From a virus, in IMG/VR virus record IMGVR_UViG_3300048672_000219, positions 1-64,000 of that record: a stretch of 64,000 bases of DNA, one strand, 5' to 3'. The notes below the pieces were generated by a model. That model saw only the letters and a list, made by a program, of their open reading frames with translations. It had not been told where the DNA came from and did not search any database. This document shows positions 52,776 through 61,045 of this stretch, piece by piece; within the stretch, counting starts at the first letter, position 1; each line of letters begins with the position of its first letter. The translations under genes and the position numbers were made by a program.

Positions 52776-53381
52776 TCATTTCTTCTCCTTTGTCAATTCA
52801 TAATAACGCTTCAAGAATTTCTTATATGCCATCTTACTACTCCAAGGTTTAATCACCTCATCCAGAGGCTTTACGTTGCGGTACATGCGATCAAGTTTGG
52901 TCGTAGGAGACAAATCCCTACGCTCTGTAACAAATGCAATAGTGTCTGCCAGCTTGATTTCCTTATCAAATGGAAACTGAATACCAAAACGCTTTGCCAT
53001 GTCTGCTTCTAGCTTGTGTTCGATTTCACTATAAGCTGGAATCATAACTTTCAAGGGTTTATTAATGTCCTTCATAAAACCCTCTACGGCATCATGCAGC
53101 AAACCATCCAATGCTAGGTGCTCTGGTACAATATAACTTACGAGAACGCAATGCTGTGCAACACTCATAAATTCAGACGTATGCCCATTACTTCGGCTTT
53201 CACGAGACAAGCCTAGAGCAATGTCTTCAATATCATACACAGAGTTCTCAGGATTGGCAAAGTCAATGAAATGCCCATTCATAAGCTGCATAACAGGTTT
53301 TAGTTTGTTTGTGTCAACCAACAGTGTTCTCCTTAAAATTAACAATACAAACATTATCACACATAAAAGAAAAACCTGCAA
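52776..53381 (-). CDS. HD-domain phosphohydrolase (5'-deoxynucleotidase-like)
   Basis: DIA..LS...R.NGHT...SVAQHC...LLHDAVE...D...P.K...K.AD; true start probably further downstream. Confidence 0.8.
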   Translation of the reverse strand: MQVFLLCVIMFVLLILRRTLLVDTNKLKPVMQLMNGHFIDFANPENSVYDIEDIALGLSRESRSNGHTSEFMSVAQHCVLVSYIVPEHLALDGLLHDAVEGFMKDINKPLKVMIPAYSEIEHKLEADMAKRFGIQFPFDKEIKLADTIAFVTERRDLSPTTKLDRMYRNVKPLDEVIKPWSSKMAYKKFLKRYYELTKEKK

Positions 53382-53412
53382 GTCCCCTTTTGAGACTCAC
53401 AGGCTAAATTAT

Positions 53413-54093
53413 CTACGCTTCTTTAGATTTTGGAGTGCGCTTAGGCTTTGCTACAGGTTGTGGTGTTTCTGCAACAGGCTGTTCCTTGAACACATTCTCT
53501 GGCAGTTCAGCGGCAGCACGTTTGTCTTCTCGTGCGTCAAAGCGACGATGACATTCATCACTATCAAAGTAAAGTTCTTTGCCATCCAGCAAACGGAGCA
53601 TCTCTGCTTCAGTAACAAAATCAGTGTAAATGTCTCGTACAAATTTCTCAATAGCTTTTGTGCTATGGGTCACATGAGCATCCATGTTGCCAGAATGTCC
53701 ATAGAAGCCGTAGCTTGCTGTGTGGAGCATTACTGTGCTGTACGGATTTACATAGCAAGAATCTGCCAACATCATAATCACAGTACCTGCACTAGCCGTA
53801 TCACTCTCTACATGAACATGCACATAAGCATCTGTGTTCTGCATAGCATTAATAAGAGGAATAATTGCATGTAGAGCACCACCATCAGTAGACAGGCGAA
53901 TCTGTACGCAATCACCTTCATTTGCACTGTCAAGAATATCCACCAGTTGTGCAAATTGTTGTACATCAACAAAATCATCATTGATAGTTACTCGGTGAAT
54001 CATGTTCAGTGGTTGAGAAATCACTTCAAACTTGTCTAGTTCTGGTTGAATCAGTTTGAGCAAGTCAACGTTTTGTCGGATTGGTTGTTTCAT
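53413..54093 (-). CDS. ClpP-like serine protease
   Basis: LSTDGG, TASAGT (catalytic Ser), VMLH (catalytic His). Confidence 0.75.
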   Translation of the reverse strand: MKQPIRQNVDLLKLIQPELDKFEVISQPLNMIHRVTINDDFVDVQQFAQLVDILDSANEGDCVQIRLSTDGGALHAIIPLINAMQNTDAYVHVHVESDTASAGTVIMMLADSCYVNPYSTVMLHTASYGFYGHSGNMDAHVTHSTKAIEKFVRDIYTDFVTEAEMLRLLDGKELYFDSDECHRRFDAREDKRAAAELPENVFKEQPVAETPQPVAKPKRTPKSKEA

Positions 54094-54107
54094 TTGTTCT
54101 CCTTAAA

Positions 54108-54854
54108 TTAATATCCTGCTTTATCAAAAGCCATAATTGCGTCTTTGCAAAGCTTGCTTCGTACAATGTGTTCATGCTTGTCGAATTCAATCAGGGCAGC
54201 ACTCTCTTGCAGTCGTGGGGAGCCATCAAGAATATTGGCAAAGATAGCCAGTCCAGACTTGTCTTTCAGTGCTGACTGAAGAATATCTCCACACAGAATC
54301 ATCTTGCAACCAGCACTACGAGTAACAATGCTTTTGATTTCTTCGATTGTGCAATCCTCCACTTCGTCTGCAATCACCCAAACATTTTTGCCAAAGGACA
54401 TACCTTTGATTGTCTCCAATGGTTGCAGAAGAATGTTTCCTTCTTCAATAGCGAGGTCTACAACAGGTCGTCCTAGACGTTCATACAAGACAGAAAGCAT
54501 TGGCATGAGCCAGTTAAAAAGCTTTTGATTTACATCTCCGCTAAAAAACCCCAAGCTACGCGAATTACTCACCGCTGGTCGTGCAAGAACAATCTGTTTG
54601 GCTTCTCCTTTGTAGAATGCATCAGCAGCAAGGCATGTGGCTACATAAGTTTTGGACGTACCGGCATAGCCAAGAGCTACTACTAAATCTTTATTGTGAA
54701 TTGCTTCAAAATACTCCGCTTGCCTCTCATTCATTGGATAGATAGGCTTACTGGCAAGCTTTTCTGCGCGTTGATCCTTAAATTTATCTTTAATGACTCG
54801 TTCTTCCTTAACAACAGCTTGTTGTGCAGAACGACCTCGGTGTGTTTTGCGCAT
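54108..54854 (-). CDS. phoH: PhoH-like ATPase
   Basis: GYAGTSKT, RPAV, LGF.SG, IADE.ED, CGD..QS, IVRS. Confidence 0.9.
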   Translation of the reverse strand: MRKTHRGRSAQQAVVKEERVIKDKFKDQRAEKLASKPIYPMNERQAEYFEAIHNKDLVVALGYAGTSKTYVATCLAADAFYKGEAKQIVLARPAVSNSRSLGFFSGDVNQKLFNWLMPMLSVLYERLGRPVVDLAIEEGNILLQPLETIKGMSFGKNVWVIADEVEDCTIEEIKSIVTRSAGCKMILCGDILQSALKDKSGLAIFANILDGSPRLQESAALIEFDKHEHIVRSKLCKDAIMAFDKAGY

Positions 54855-55375
54855 AATCACCCTTTCATGCAATGTTATATACAGAGATATTGCTGTACTG
54901 TTAAATAATACCACAATATCCCTGTTACGTCAAAATTTGCTACAAAGCAACATTAGTGAGGTTCTATCCAGAAAAGTTCGTCTGCATCAACTCTCATAGA
55001 AGTCTGCAATGATATGTCATCATTTATATTTAGAACGTCATTTGATGAAAAGCCACAAACATGATAATACTGGCCTTCCCAAATTACAACAGTACCAGCC
55101 TTCACTTTCCAAACATCCACTTCTGTATTTGCAAATTTGATTTTATTCACAGAACATATCCTTTCTCGCTATCAGACTGATTGCGCTCAATAATCTTGTG
55201 CAGACCATTCTTTAGTTGATGATAAGTGATTGCCAACATTTGCTGACGCACATCTGCGTTCTCTGGCAGCATTCCTGTTGAAGCAGCACGAATACATTGT
55301 TCAAGATAGACAATGTGCTGTTCAGCTTTGCACAATTGTTGGTACAACTCTTCATATGTCATTGGTTCGTCCATA

Positions 55376-56110
55376 TTACTTCTCCTTTAAATTTTGTGCG
55401 TCTTCAATTCGTTTCTTAGCAATATTAAAATAATTTTCATCCATTTCAATACCGATGAAGTTTCTGCTCAAATTGGCACAGGCTACACCTGTTGTTCCAC
55501 TACCCATTGTGAAGTCTAATACAGTTTCACTTTCATTGGTGTAAGTTTTGATTAAATATTTCATCAAAGCTACAGGTTTCTGTGTAGGGTGTAGCCTTCC
55601 TCGTTGATCCGCATTACTAACTTCTAAAATAGACTTAGGATGCTTGTGCGTATAACTACGAATCTTTCCATCATCTTTTTGCAAGTGAGTGGAGTCACCC
55701 TTTGAGAAAGTTGTACGTACTTTAACAGTGTCTCGTTCGGTCATTACCGGATAGTAGTTATGTGTATCAAAAGAAAATACACAAACATCTTCATGGACTT
55801 TCATAGGTTGATATTTAGCTAACTGAAAGTTTGCAGATTTCTTTTTATCCCATACCCAGTTATATTTAAAAGCTTTTATGTTAGAGTTGATTAGAATTGT
55901 GGTAAACGGCTGTGATGCTGTCATCACAATAGCTCCGTTAGGTTTGATAATACGTTTCAATTGTTCCCACATCTTCTCAAGATCAATAACACTATCCCAC
56001 TTACAAGCTGTCGTTCCATAGGGAGGGTCAGCTAAAATCATATCCACACTACTGTCAGGAATTTCCTTCATCTTTTCTAAACAATCACCGAGCATCAAAT
56101 TCACCATCAC
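55376..56110 (-). CDS. DNA methyltransferase, N6-A/N4-C beta class
   Basis: DPPY, HPTQKPV, LDFTMGSGTTG. Confidence 0.92.
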   Translation of the reverse strand: MMVNLMLGDCLEKMKEIPDSSVDMILADPPYGTTACKWDSVIDLEKMWEQLKRIIKPNGAIVMTASQPFTTILINSNIKAFKYNWVWDKKKSANFQLAKYQPMKVHEDVCVFSFDTHNYYPVMTERDTVKVRTTFSKGDSTHLQKDDGKIRSYTHKHPKSILEVSNADQRGRLHPTQKPVALMKYLIKTYTNESETVLDFTMGSGTTGVACANLSRNFIGIEMDENYFNIAKKRIEDAQNLKEK

Positions 56111-56702
56111 TTCTCCTTTGCAAGACGAGGCTTACGTGCTACAGGCTCTACTTTCGTATGTTCTGCTTTTGATACTTCAGGTTCATCAGGAATCTCACGC
56201 TCTAGGAAAGCCTCGTAATTAAACAAGTTATTGACTGGAAAGTCAGTAGTGGACAGGCTGTAGCCTTGCTTAATCTTTTCTTCCAGTTCATAAACGAATG
56301 CTGTAAACGAATTCACTACTACGATTTTTTCAATTGCCATTTGGTTCTCCTTTAAAAATTGTCATCATCTAAGTCTTGCATATTTTCTTCATGCTGCTCG
56401 TACTCTTCAATCATTTTATCTAAATCAAAATATTCTTCAGACATCAATCCTCCTTATTTAATAGATATGAGTACAGCTTCTTTGTAAGGAAGCGAGTTCT
56501 TCATCAGTGAATCTTTAACGGCTTTGATAGCACCGTTTATGCTTCTATAGAACGTGGCATCTGTTCTATGGAGTTTTCCGTTTTCTTTATAGTAGCAACG
56601 ATATACTTTTGGATGCGGTGTGAATGCCATGTTCTCTCCTTGTTGTTTGTGATGTTGTGAATTATACGTCATATATTTTCTTTGTCAAGACTAATTTGCA
56701 TA

Positions 56703-56731
56703 TTGACAAAAACAGATTGCCATGATACAAT
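56703..56731 (+). promoter_or_regulatory. sigma70-like promoter at the start of the virion arm
   Basis: TTGACA-N17-TACAAT. Confidence 0.7.
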
Positions 56732-56759
56732 TCTGGGATTAAGAATTCAGGAGAATGTT

Positions 56760-57128
56760 ATGGCAAGGGTAAAGGCAAGGCAACGAGAAGTTGCCATTAA
56801 GGAGCACGGTAGTGAAAAAGCTCTAAGGGAGATGAAGCAAAAGAAGCTCTCTAGCAAGGCTTTGGCTGTATTAGAAGCAGGACTGACAAGTGAGGATAAA
56901 GACTATGCTTTCAAATGTGCTAAGATGATTTTGGAGCATGAGCGTAATCTTGAGAAAGATATTGACAGCAGCGAGATTTCACGTATAATTCTATCCATGA
57001 AGGCTGGAACGGATTTGACTACAGTACCTCAACAGAGTAATGTAGTGTTGAATTTTAATGAAATTAATCCAGATTTTCGTGATATTGAAGCAACAGATTT
57101 TAGTGAAGTGAAAGCTGTTGGCGAATAA
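56760..57128 (+). CDS. Candidate terminase small subunit
   Basis: Helical 122-aa ORF with AGGAG RBS, first gene of the arm upstream of tRNAs and terL; positional inference only. Confidence 0.35.
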   Translation: MARVKARQREVAIKEHGSEKALREMKQKKLSSKALAVLEAGLTSEDKDYAFKCAKMILEHERNLEKDIDSSEISRIILSMKAGTDLTTVPQQSNVVLNFNEINPDFRDIEATDFSEVKAVGE

Positions 57129-57129
57129 T

Positions 57130-57158
57130 TTGACAAAAACTTCATGTTGTTGTATAAT
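57130..57158 (+). promoter_or_regulatory. sigma70 promoter for the tRNA cluster
   Basis: TTGACA-N17-TATAAT. Confidence 0.85.
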
Positions 57159-57341
57159 TTCGTTCGTTAAGGAATGACACGCCTTTTCAGAAAGTGTCTA
57201 GTGGCTTCTTACGAGGCCACAAAAGAGAGTGTTCCTCTGCCTGCTACGCAATTCTCCGGCTATAGGGTGGGAATGTGAGTTGAACACTCCCTTTTGTTAT
57301 TTCAAGCTAAGGTACAAGTGGCTTAAAAATAAATTAACAAC

Positions 57342-57416
57342 TCCCCGTTAGTTTAACATGGTAAAATCTCGCCTTGTACGCGAGCATAGCGGTTTCGAGC
57401 ACTGCACGGGGAACCA
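57342..57416 (+). tRNA. tRNA-Thr(UGU), somewhat atypical
   Basis: TCCCCGT/ACGGGGA-A-CCA; anticodon arm CTCGC-CTTGTAC-GCGAG; T arm GCGGT-TTCGAGC-ACTGC. Confidence 0.75.
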
Positions 57417-57422
57417 AACAAT

Positions 57423-57496
57423 GCAGCCAATCTAAAGGTTAGACGCCAGTGCTCCACACTGCACAGGGAAGATTTCGATTATCTCTGGCTGCTCCA
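57423..57496 (+). tRNA. Degenerate tRNA-Gly(UCC)-like
   Basis: GCAGCCA/TGGCTGC-T-CCA Gly-type acceptor; loop GCTCCAC lacks U33; abnormal D and T arms. Confidence 0.55.
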
Positions 57497-57604
57497 TTTT
57501 CTTCTACCTTAGAAGACTGTTAGCCTTACGGCTATCGAGGCTTGGAGAACAAGCTAATGAGTGAGGTGGAATTCCTTGCCGAATATTAACACAAAGGAGA
57601 GAAT

Positions 57605-57835
57605 ATGACATACCATGAGAACGCAGGTAAGGGTTCGTTTCGCCGTGAGCGAGATAAAAGTGTAACCACTAAAGAACAATTTGAAAGTAATTGGGATCGT
57701 ATCTTTGGCAAAAAGACAGTCAAGGTCGATCCAGAGCAAGCCGAAGCTAAAGGGTTTGTTTGCAAGGCTTGTCAAGGCAAAGGTGGTTGCATGGATGCTG
57801 GCTGGTATTACGAATGTCCTGAATGTGGTAAATAA
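57605..57835 (+). CDS. Small phage protein with C-terminal Zn ribbon
   Basis: AGKGS.RR...FESNWDRIFGKK plus CKAC...CPEC; AAGGAG RBS. Confidence 0.65.
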   Translation: MTYHENAGKGSFRRERDKSVTTKEQFESNWDRIFGKKTVKVDPEQAEAKGFVCKACQGKGGCMDAGWYYECPECGK

Positions 57836-57838
57836 CAA

Positions 57839-57928
57839 GGAAGATTGGCTGAGAGGTTTAAGGCAGCACTCTTGAAAAGTGTCGAACTTTAAAAGGTTCC
57901 GTCCGTTCAAATCGGACATCTTCCGCCA
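57839..57928 (+). tRNA. tRNA-Ser(UGA)
   Basis: GGAAGAT/ATCTTCC-G-CCA; GCACT-CTTGAAA-AGTGT anticodon arm; long variable arm. Confidence 0.9.
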
Positions 57929-58144
57929 GAATTTGGTTGCAGTACCTTCGTCGTAAAATGGAATGCCAACGAGAGCATAGCACATTCTTGCTTCTTCTCG
58001 TAATAAATTTTCGCTCAATAGGGACTTCCAGATGGTATCCTGCTAGAGTGAAAGCACAGCCGAGAGGCTGTTAGGTGCAGGGCAGAAATATGTTCTGCTA
58101 GGGTATATGGCATGGTTGTGTGGCGCTATACCATTGTTGTAAGG

Positions 58145-58180
58145 AGCCGCTATTCCGCAAGGTTTAGCGGCTTTTGTTTT
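58145..58180 (+). terminator. Intrinsic terminator after the tRNA cluster
   Basis: AGCCGCTA...TAGCGGCT-TTTGTTTT. Confidence 0.7.
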
Positions 58181-58181
58181 C

Positions 58182-58260
58182 GTGGCGAACGGATTGATCC
58201 TCCTGTTCAGGCTCTACTCCTGAACTAGCCACACTGATTAACCTAGTAGAGAGGAAACAA
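58182..58260 (+). promoter_or_regulatory. Structured leader with a loop complementary to the RBS region
   Basis: GTGGC/GCCAC encloses hairpin GTTCAGG-CTCTACT-CCTGAAC; loop CTCTACT pairs with AGTAGAG (58245-58251) overlapping the SD. Confidence 0.55.
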
Positions 58261-59217
58261 ATGGGTAAAGACAATATAAAGCGTACAAATGAGTACATTA
58301 TTGACAAGTCAAAAGAGTTACATGGAGAGCATACTTACGGGTATGATAAACTTGAGTACATCAACACTAAGAGTAATATAATATTGCTGTGCAATAAATG
58401 CAATGATTATTTCAGCGTCACGGCAGGAGCACACGTTGGAAGCAGAAGAGTAGGCTGTCAAAGATGTAGTGCAGAACGTAGAACCAAAGCTCAGACAGGA
58501 AGTAAAGAGCAAATGATTGCAAAAGCATTGTTAAATCACCCTCACGGAGCTTTCAATTATGATCGAGTAGAGTACAAAACGGCGAGGATTAAAGTTGAAA
58601 TAGGCTGCAATACATGCGGGGTGTGGTTTTGGCAAGAGCCACATCAACATACAATAGGTGTTGGTTGCAAGAATTGCAGAAACATTAAATTGGCAAAAGA
58701 CAGAAGTCATTCCAAAGAACAATTTATAGAGGAAGCTATCAAGATCACCGGAGATAAGTATGATTATAGCTTAGTAGAGTACAAGAATGCAAGAACATAT
58801 GCAGAGATAATCTGCAACGACTGTGGATCACATTTCAAGAAGAAGCCTACTGAGATATTGAATGGTCAGGGCTGCAAATGCCACAACAAAGGTGGATATG
58901 GATATGATCCAAAACAAGCTGGAATTCTTTATGTGCTAGAATGCGGAGACATAACTAAAATCGGTATTACAAATAAAAGATTGTCAAGTAGAATAAAAGC
59001 GGTAAGTTCTTCGTTTGGTGCAAAATTTAAAGAAATTAAAACTTATAATCTTGAAGGTCAATTCTGCACCGACTTAGAGACACAGTTGCTAATTGAATTA
59101 CGAAGTAAATATAGAAATCCTATTCAAAAGTTTGATGGGTACACAGAATGTTTTTACTATGTAGATAGAGCAAAATTACTGAATAGAATTGAAGAATTGA
59201 TTAAGGAGAATAAATGA
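58261..59217 (+). CDS. Free-standing putative homing endonuclease (DUF723-like Zn repeats plus C-terminal GIY-YIG-like domain)
   Basis: Three YDY..VEY....I.C..C..F...H..G.GC repeats; ILYVLE...KIGITN...R...LE...FDGYTECF. Confidence 0.8.
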   Translation: MGKDNIKRTNEYIIDKSKELHGEHTYGYDKLEYINTKSNIILLCNKCNDYFSVTAGAHVGSRRVGCQRCSAERRTKAQTGSKEQMIAKALLNHPHGAFNYDRVEYKTARIKVEIGCNTCGVWFWQEPHQHTIGVGCKNCRNIKLAKDRSHSKEQFIEEAIKITGDKYDYSLVEYKNARTYAEIICNDCGSHFKKKPTEILNGQGCKCHNKGGYGYDPKQAGILYVLECGDITKIGITNKRLSSRIKAVSSSFGAKFKEIKTYNLEGQFCTDLETQLLIELRSKYRNPIQKFDGYTECFYYVDRAKLLNRIEELIKENK

Positions 59218-60922
59218 CTGAAAAAATTGTGTATGGCCCCGACAGTTTTGTACAGAAAACTTTCTTAGATTGTAAGTCGGGGTTGATTATCTACGGTGGT
59301 GGGGCTGAAGTTCATCCGGCCCATGTGTAAGTAATTATACATGCAAACTCTTTTAATTCGGTAGAATCCTAACGTAAAGGCGAGGGCTATACCGAGCTAG
59401 GCTAAGGCCGAGTGTAACGACTATCGAAACCACGCTATGCGGAAGGGAGTAGAGTAGTTCCAAGTGGAACGAAACTGAGAGCATCCTTCTAGGATGATGA
59501 GCTAGTCTGCTCTTTATGGAAACATAAAGCGATGCACGTAATGGTGCGGGGAGAACGTAACGAATTCTCTTGAACAACTGAGGATGTGGTAAATCGCACC
59601 AAGCATTACTGCTCGTGCTTAAATATTGTCAAGACCCTAATTTCAGGGCAGTTTTCATTCGTGAAACTAACGGGCAGCTTTCTCAAAGTGGTGGACTTTT
59701 TGAGGAAGCAAGGGTAATGTGGGAGAAACACTTTGGGGCTAAATTCAAAACTCACCCAAGTATGATGGCAACCTTCCCATCTGGCGCAACCGTCCAGTTC
59801 AAGGTATGCGGTTCAGACAGGGACGTTTCAAACTATGACGGTGGTCAATACTCACTTGTTGTGTTTGACGAAGCTCAAAATCATACAGAAGTTCAAATCC
59901 GTTATTTGGAGTCGCGTATTCGCTCTAGGGCAAAAGGCCCACACCAACTTATACTTACATGTAACCCAAAATACGATCACGATTATTTGCTTAAATTTGT
60001 CACCCCGTATCTTGACCCTGAAACCGGCATACCGCGTAAAGAGATGTTTGCTAGGGAAATGTATTATGGGGCATATAATGGGCAAGTTGTTGTAGGCACT
60101 TCACAAGCTGAGTTGGAAGAGAAGTACCCCGGAATTTCGTGCCAAACATATACATTTATAGCCGCTACCGTGTACGACAACCCTCGCATGAGGAAAATCA
60201 ATCCTACATACGTTACTCGTCTTGAGAATCTAAAACGAGTTGAACGTGAGCGTCTTCTGTTAGGAAGTTGGACAGCTAAACCACAGAACCAAGGGTTGTT
60301 TAAGCGGGAGTGGTGCAATATGATTGATGAAGTTCCTAATGATGTGGTTGACCGTGTTAGGGGTTATGACCTTGCTGCAACTTTGCCATCAGAAACTTAC
60401 CCTGATCCAGATTGGACTGCCTGTGTGCGTATGTCAAAAACTAAATCAGGTCGTTATGTAGTAGAACATGCTTGTAGAACTAGGCAACTTGCTCACGGGG
60501 TTCTTGATTACATTGAAAAGAATTATTTCGATGATCTCAATGATGGTGTTGCGGCTACTGTATGGCTTGAGGTTGACCCCGGAAGCTCTGGTAAACATGC
60601 TGCCGGATTTATGGTTCAGTATCTTGTGGAGCATGGCGTAGATGTTCGTAAACAGGATGTTAATCCTTCCAATGGTAAATTAGCAAGATGCAGACCGTTC
60701 CTTTCTCTGTGCGAGGCTGGCAGCGTTGATGTTGTAAAAGGCGATTGGAATGAAATGTGGTTCAATGAAATGGAAGATTTTATTGAGGGTAATAGGCGTC
60801 AAAAGGACGATTTATTCGACTCGACGGCTAGTTCTTGCAAAGCTTTGATGAAAAATAGAACAATCCCCACCTTCTCAATCCCCATTTCAACTCAACCTTC
60901 AGTAATACCAACATTGTCTTGA
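59214..60922 (+). CDS. terL: Terminase large subunit, two exons (59214-59306 and 59582-60922)
   Basis: Exon 1 ends IIYGGGA and exon 2 starts GCGKS, rebuilding the Walker A; VVFDEAQ Walker B; TCNP; RGYDLA and KDD..D nuclease motifs; AAGGAG RBS. Confidence 0.93.
59307..59581 (+). mobile_element. ORF-less group I intron (IA2-like) in terL
   Basis: P1 GGGCU/GGCCC with U.G; P10 CAUCC/GGAUG; P2 CATGTGTAA/TTATACATG; P4 TCGGT/ACCGA; P7 GACTA/TAGTC; P7.1/7.2 inserts; P8 CATCC/GGATG; P9 CTTTATG-GAAA-CATAAAG; ends uncertain by 1 nt. Confidence 0.9.
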
Positions 60923-60932
60923 CGTAACAAAT

Positions 60933-60961
60933 TTGACAAAAACGCATTCCTATGTTATACT
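60933..60961 (+). promoter_or_regulatory. sigma70-like promoter upstream of the portal gene
   Basis: TTGACA-N17-TATACT with TG extension. Confidence 0.7.
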
Positions 60962-61045
60962 TTTGCCTAATTGTGAAATTAAGGCTTCCCACTATATTGT
61001 ATAACATAGGGTTTCTAATTTCAAGTGTTATTTTAAGGAGAATTT

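Noticed and set aside
52776-53381. Z-genome (2-aminoadenine) pathway suggested by HD hydrolase, MazG-like protein and PolA
   Set aside because: No PurZ-like ORF in the window, and adenine methyltransferases are present; these enzymes are common without Z-DNA
57929-58010. HDV-like theta ribozyme after tRNA-Ser
   Set aside because: Could not build the nested double pseudoknot by eye; kept only as a generic structured region
59615-60922. ORF-track terL starting at GTG 59615
   Set aside because: Lacks Walker A and an RBS; the real start is 59214, with a group I intron in between
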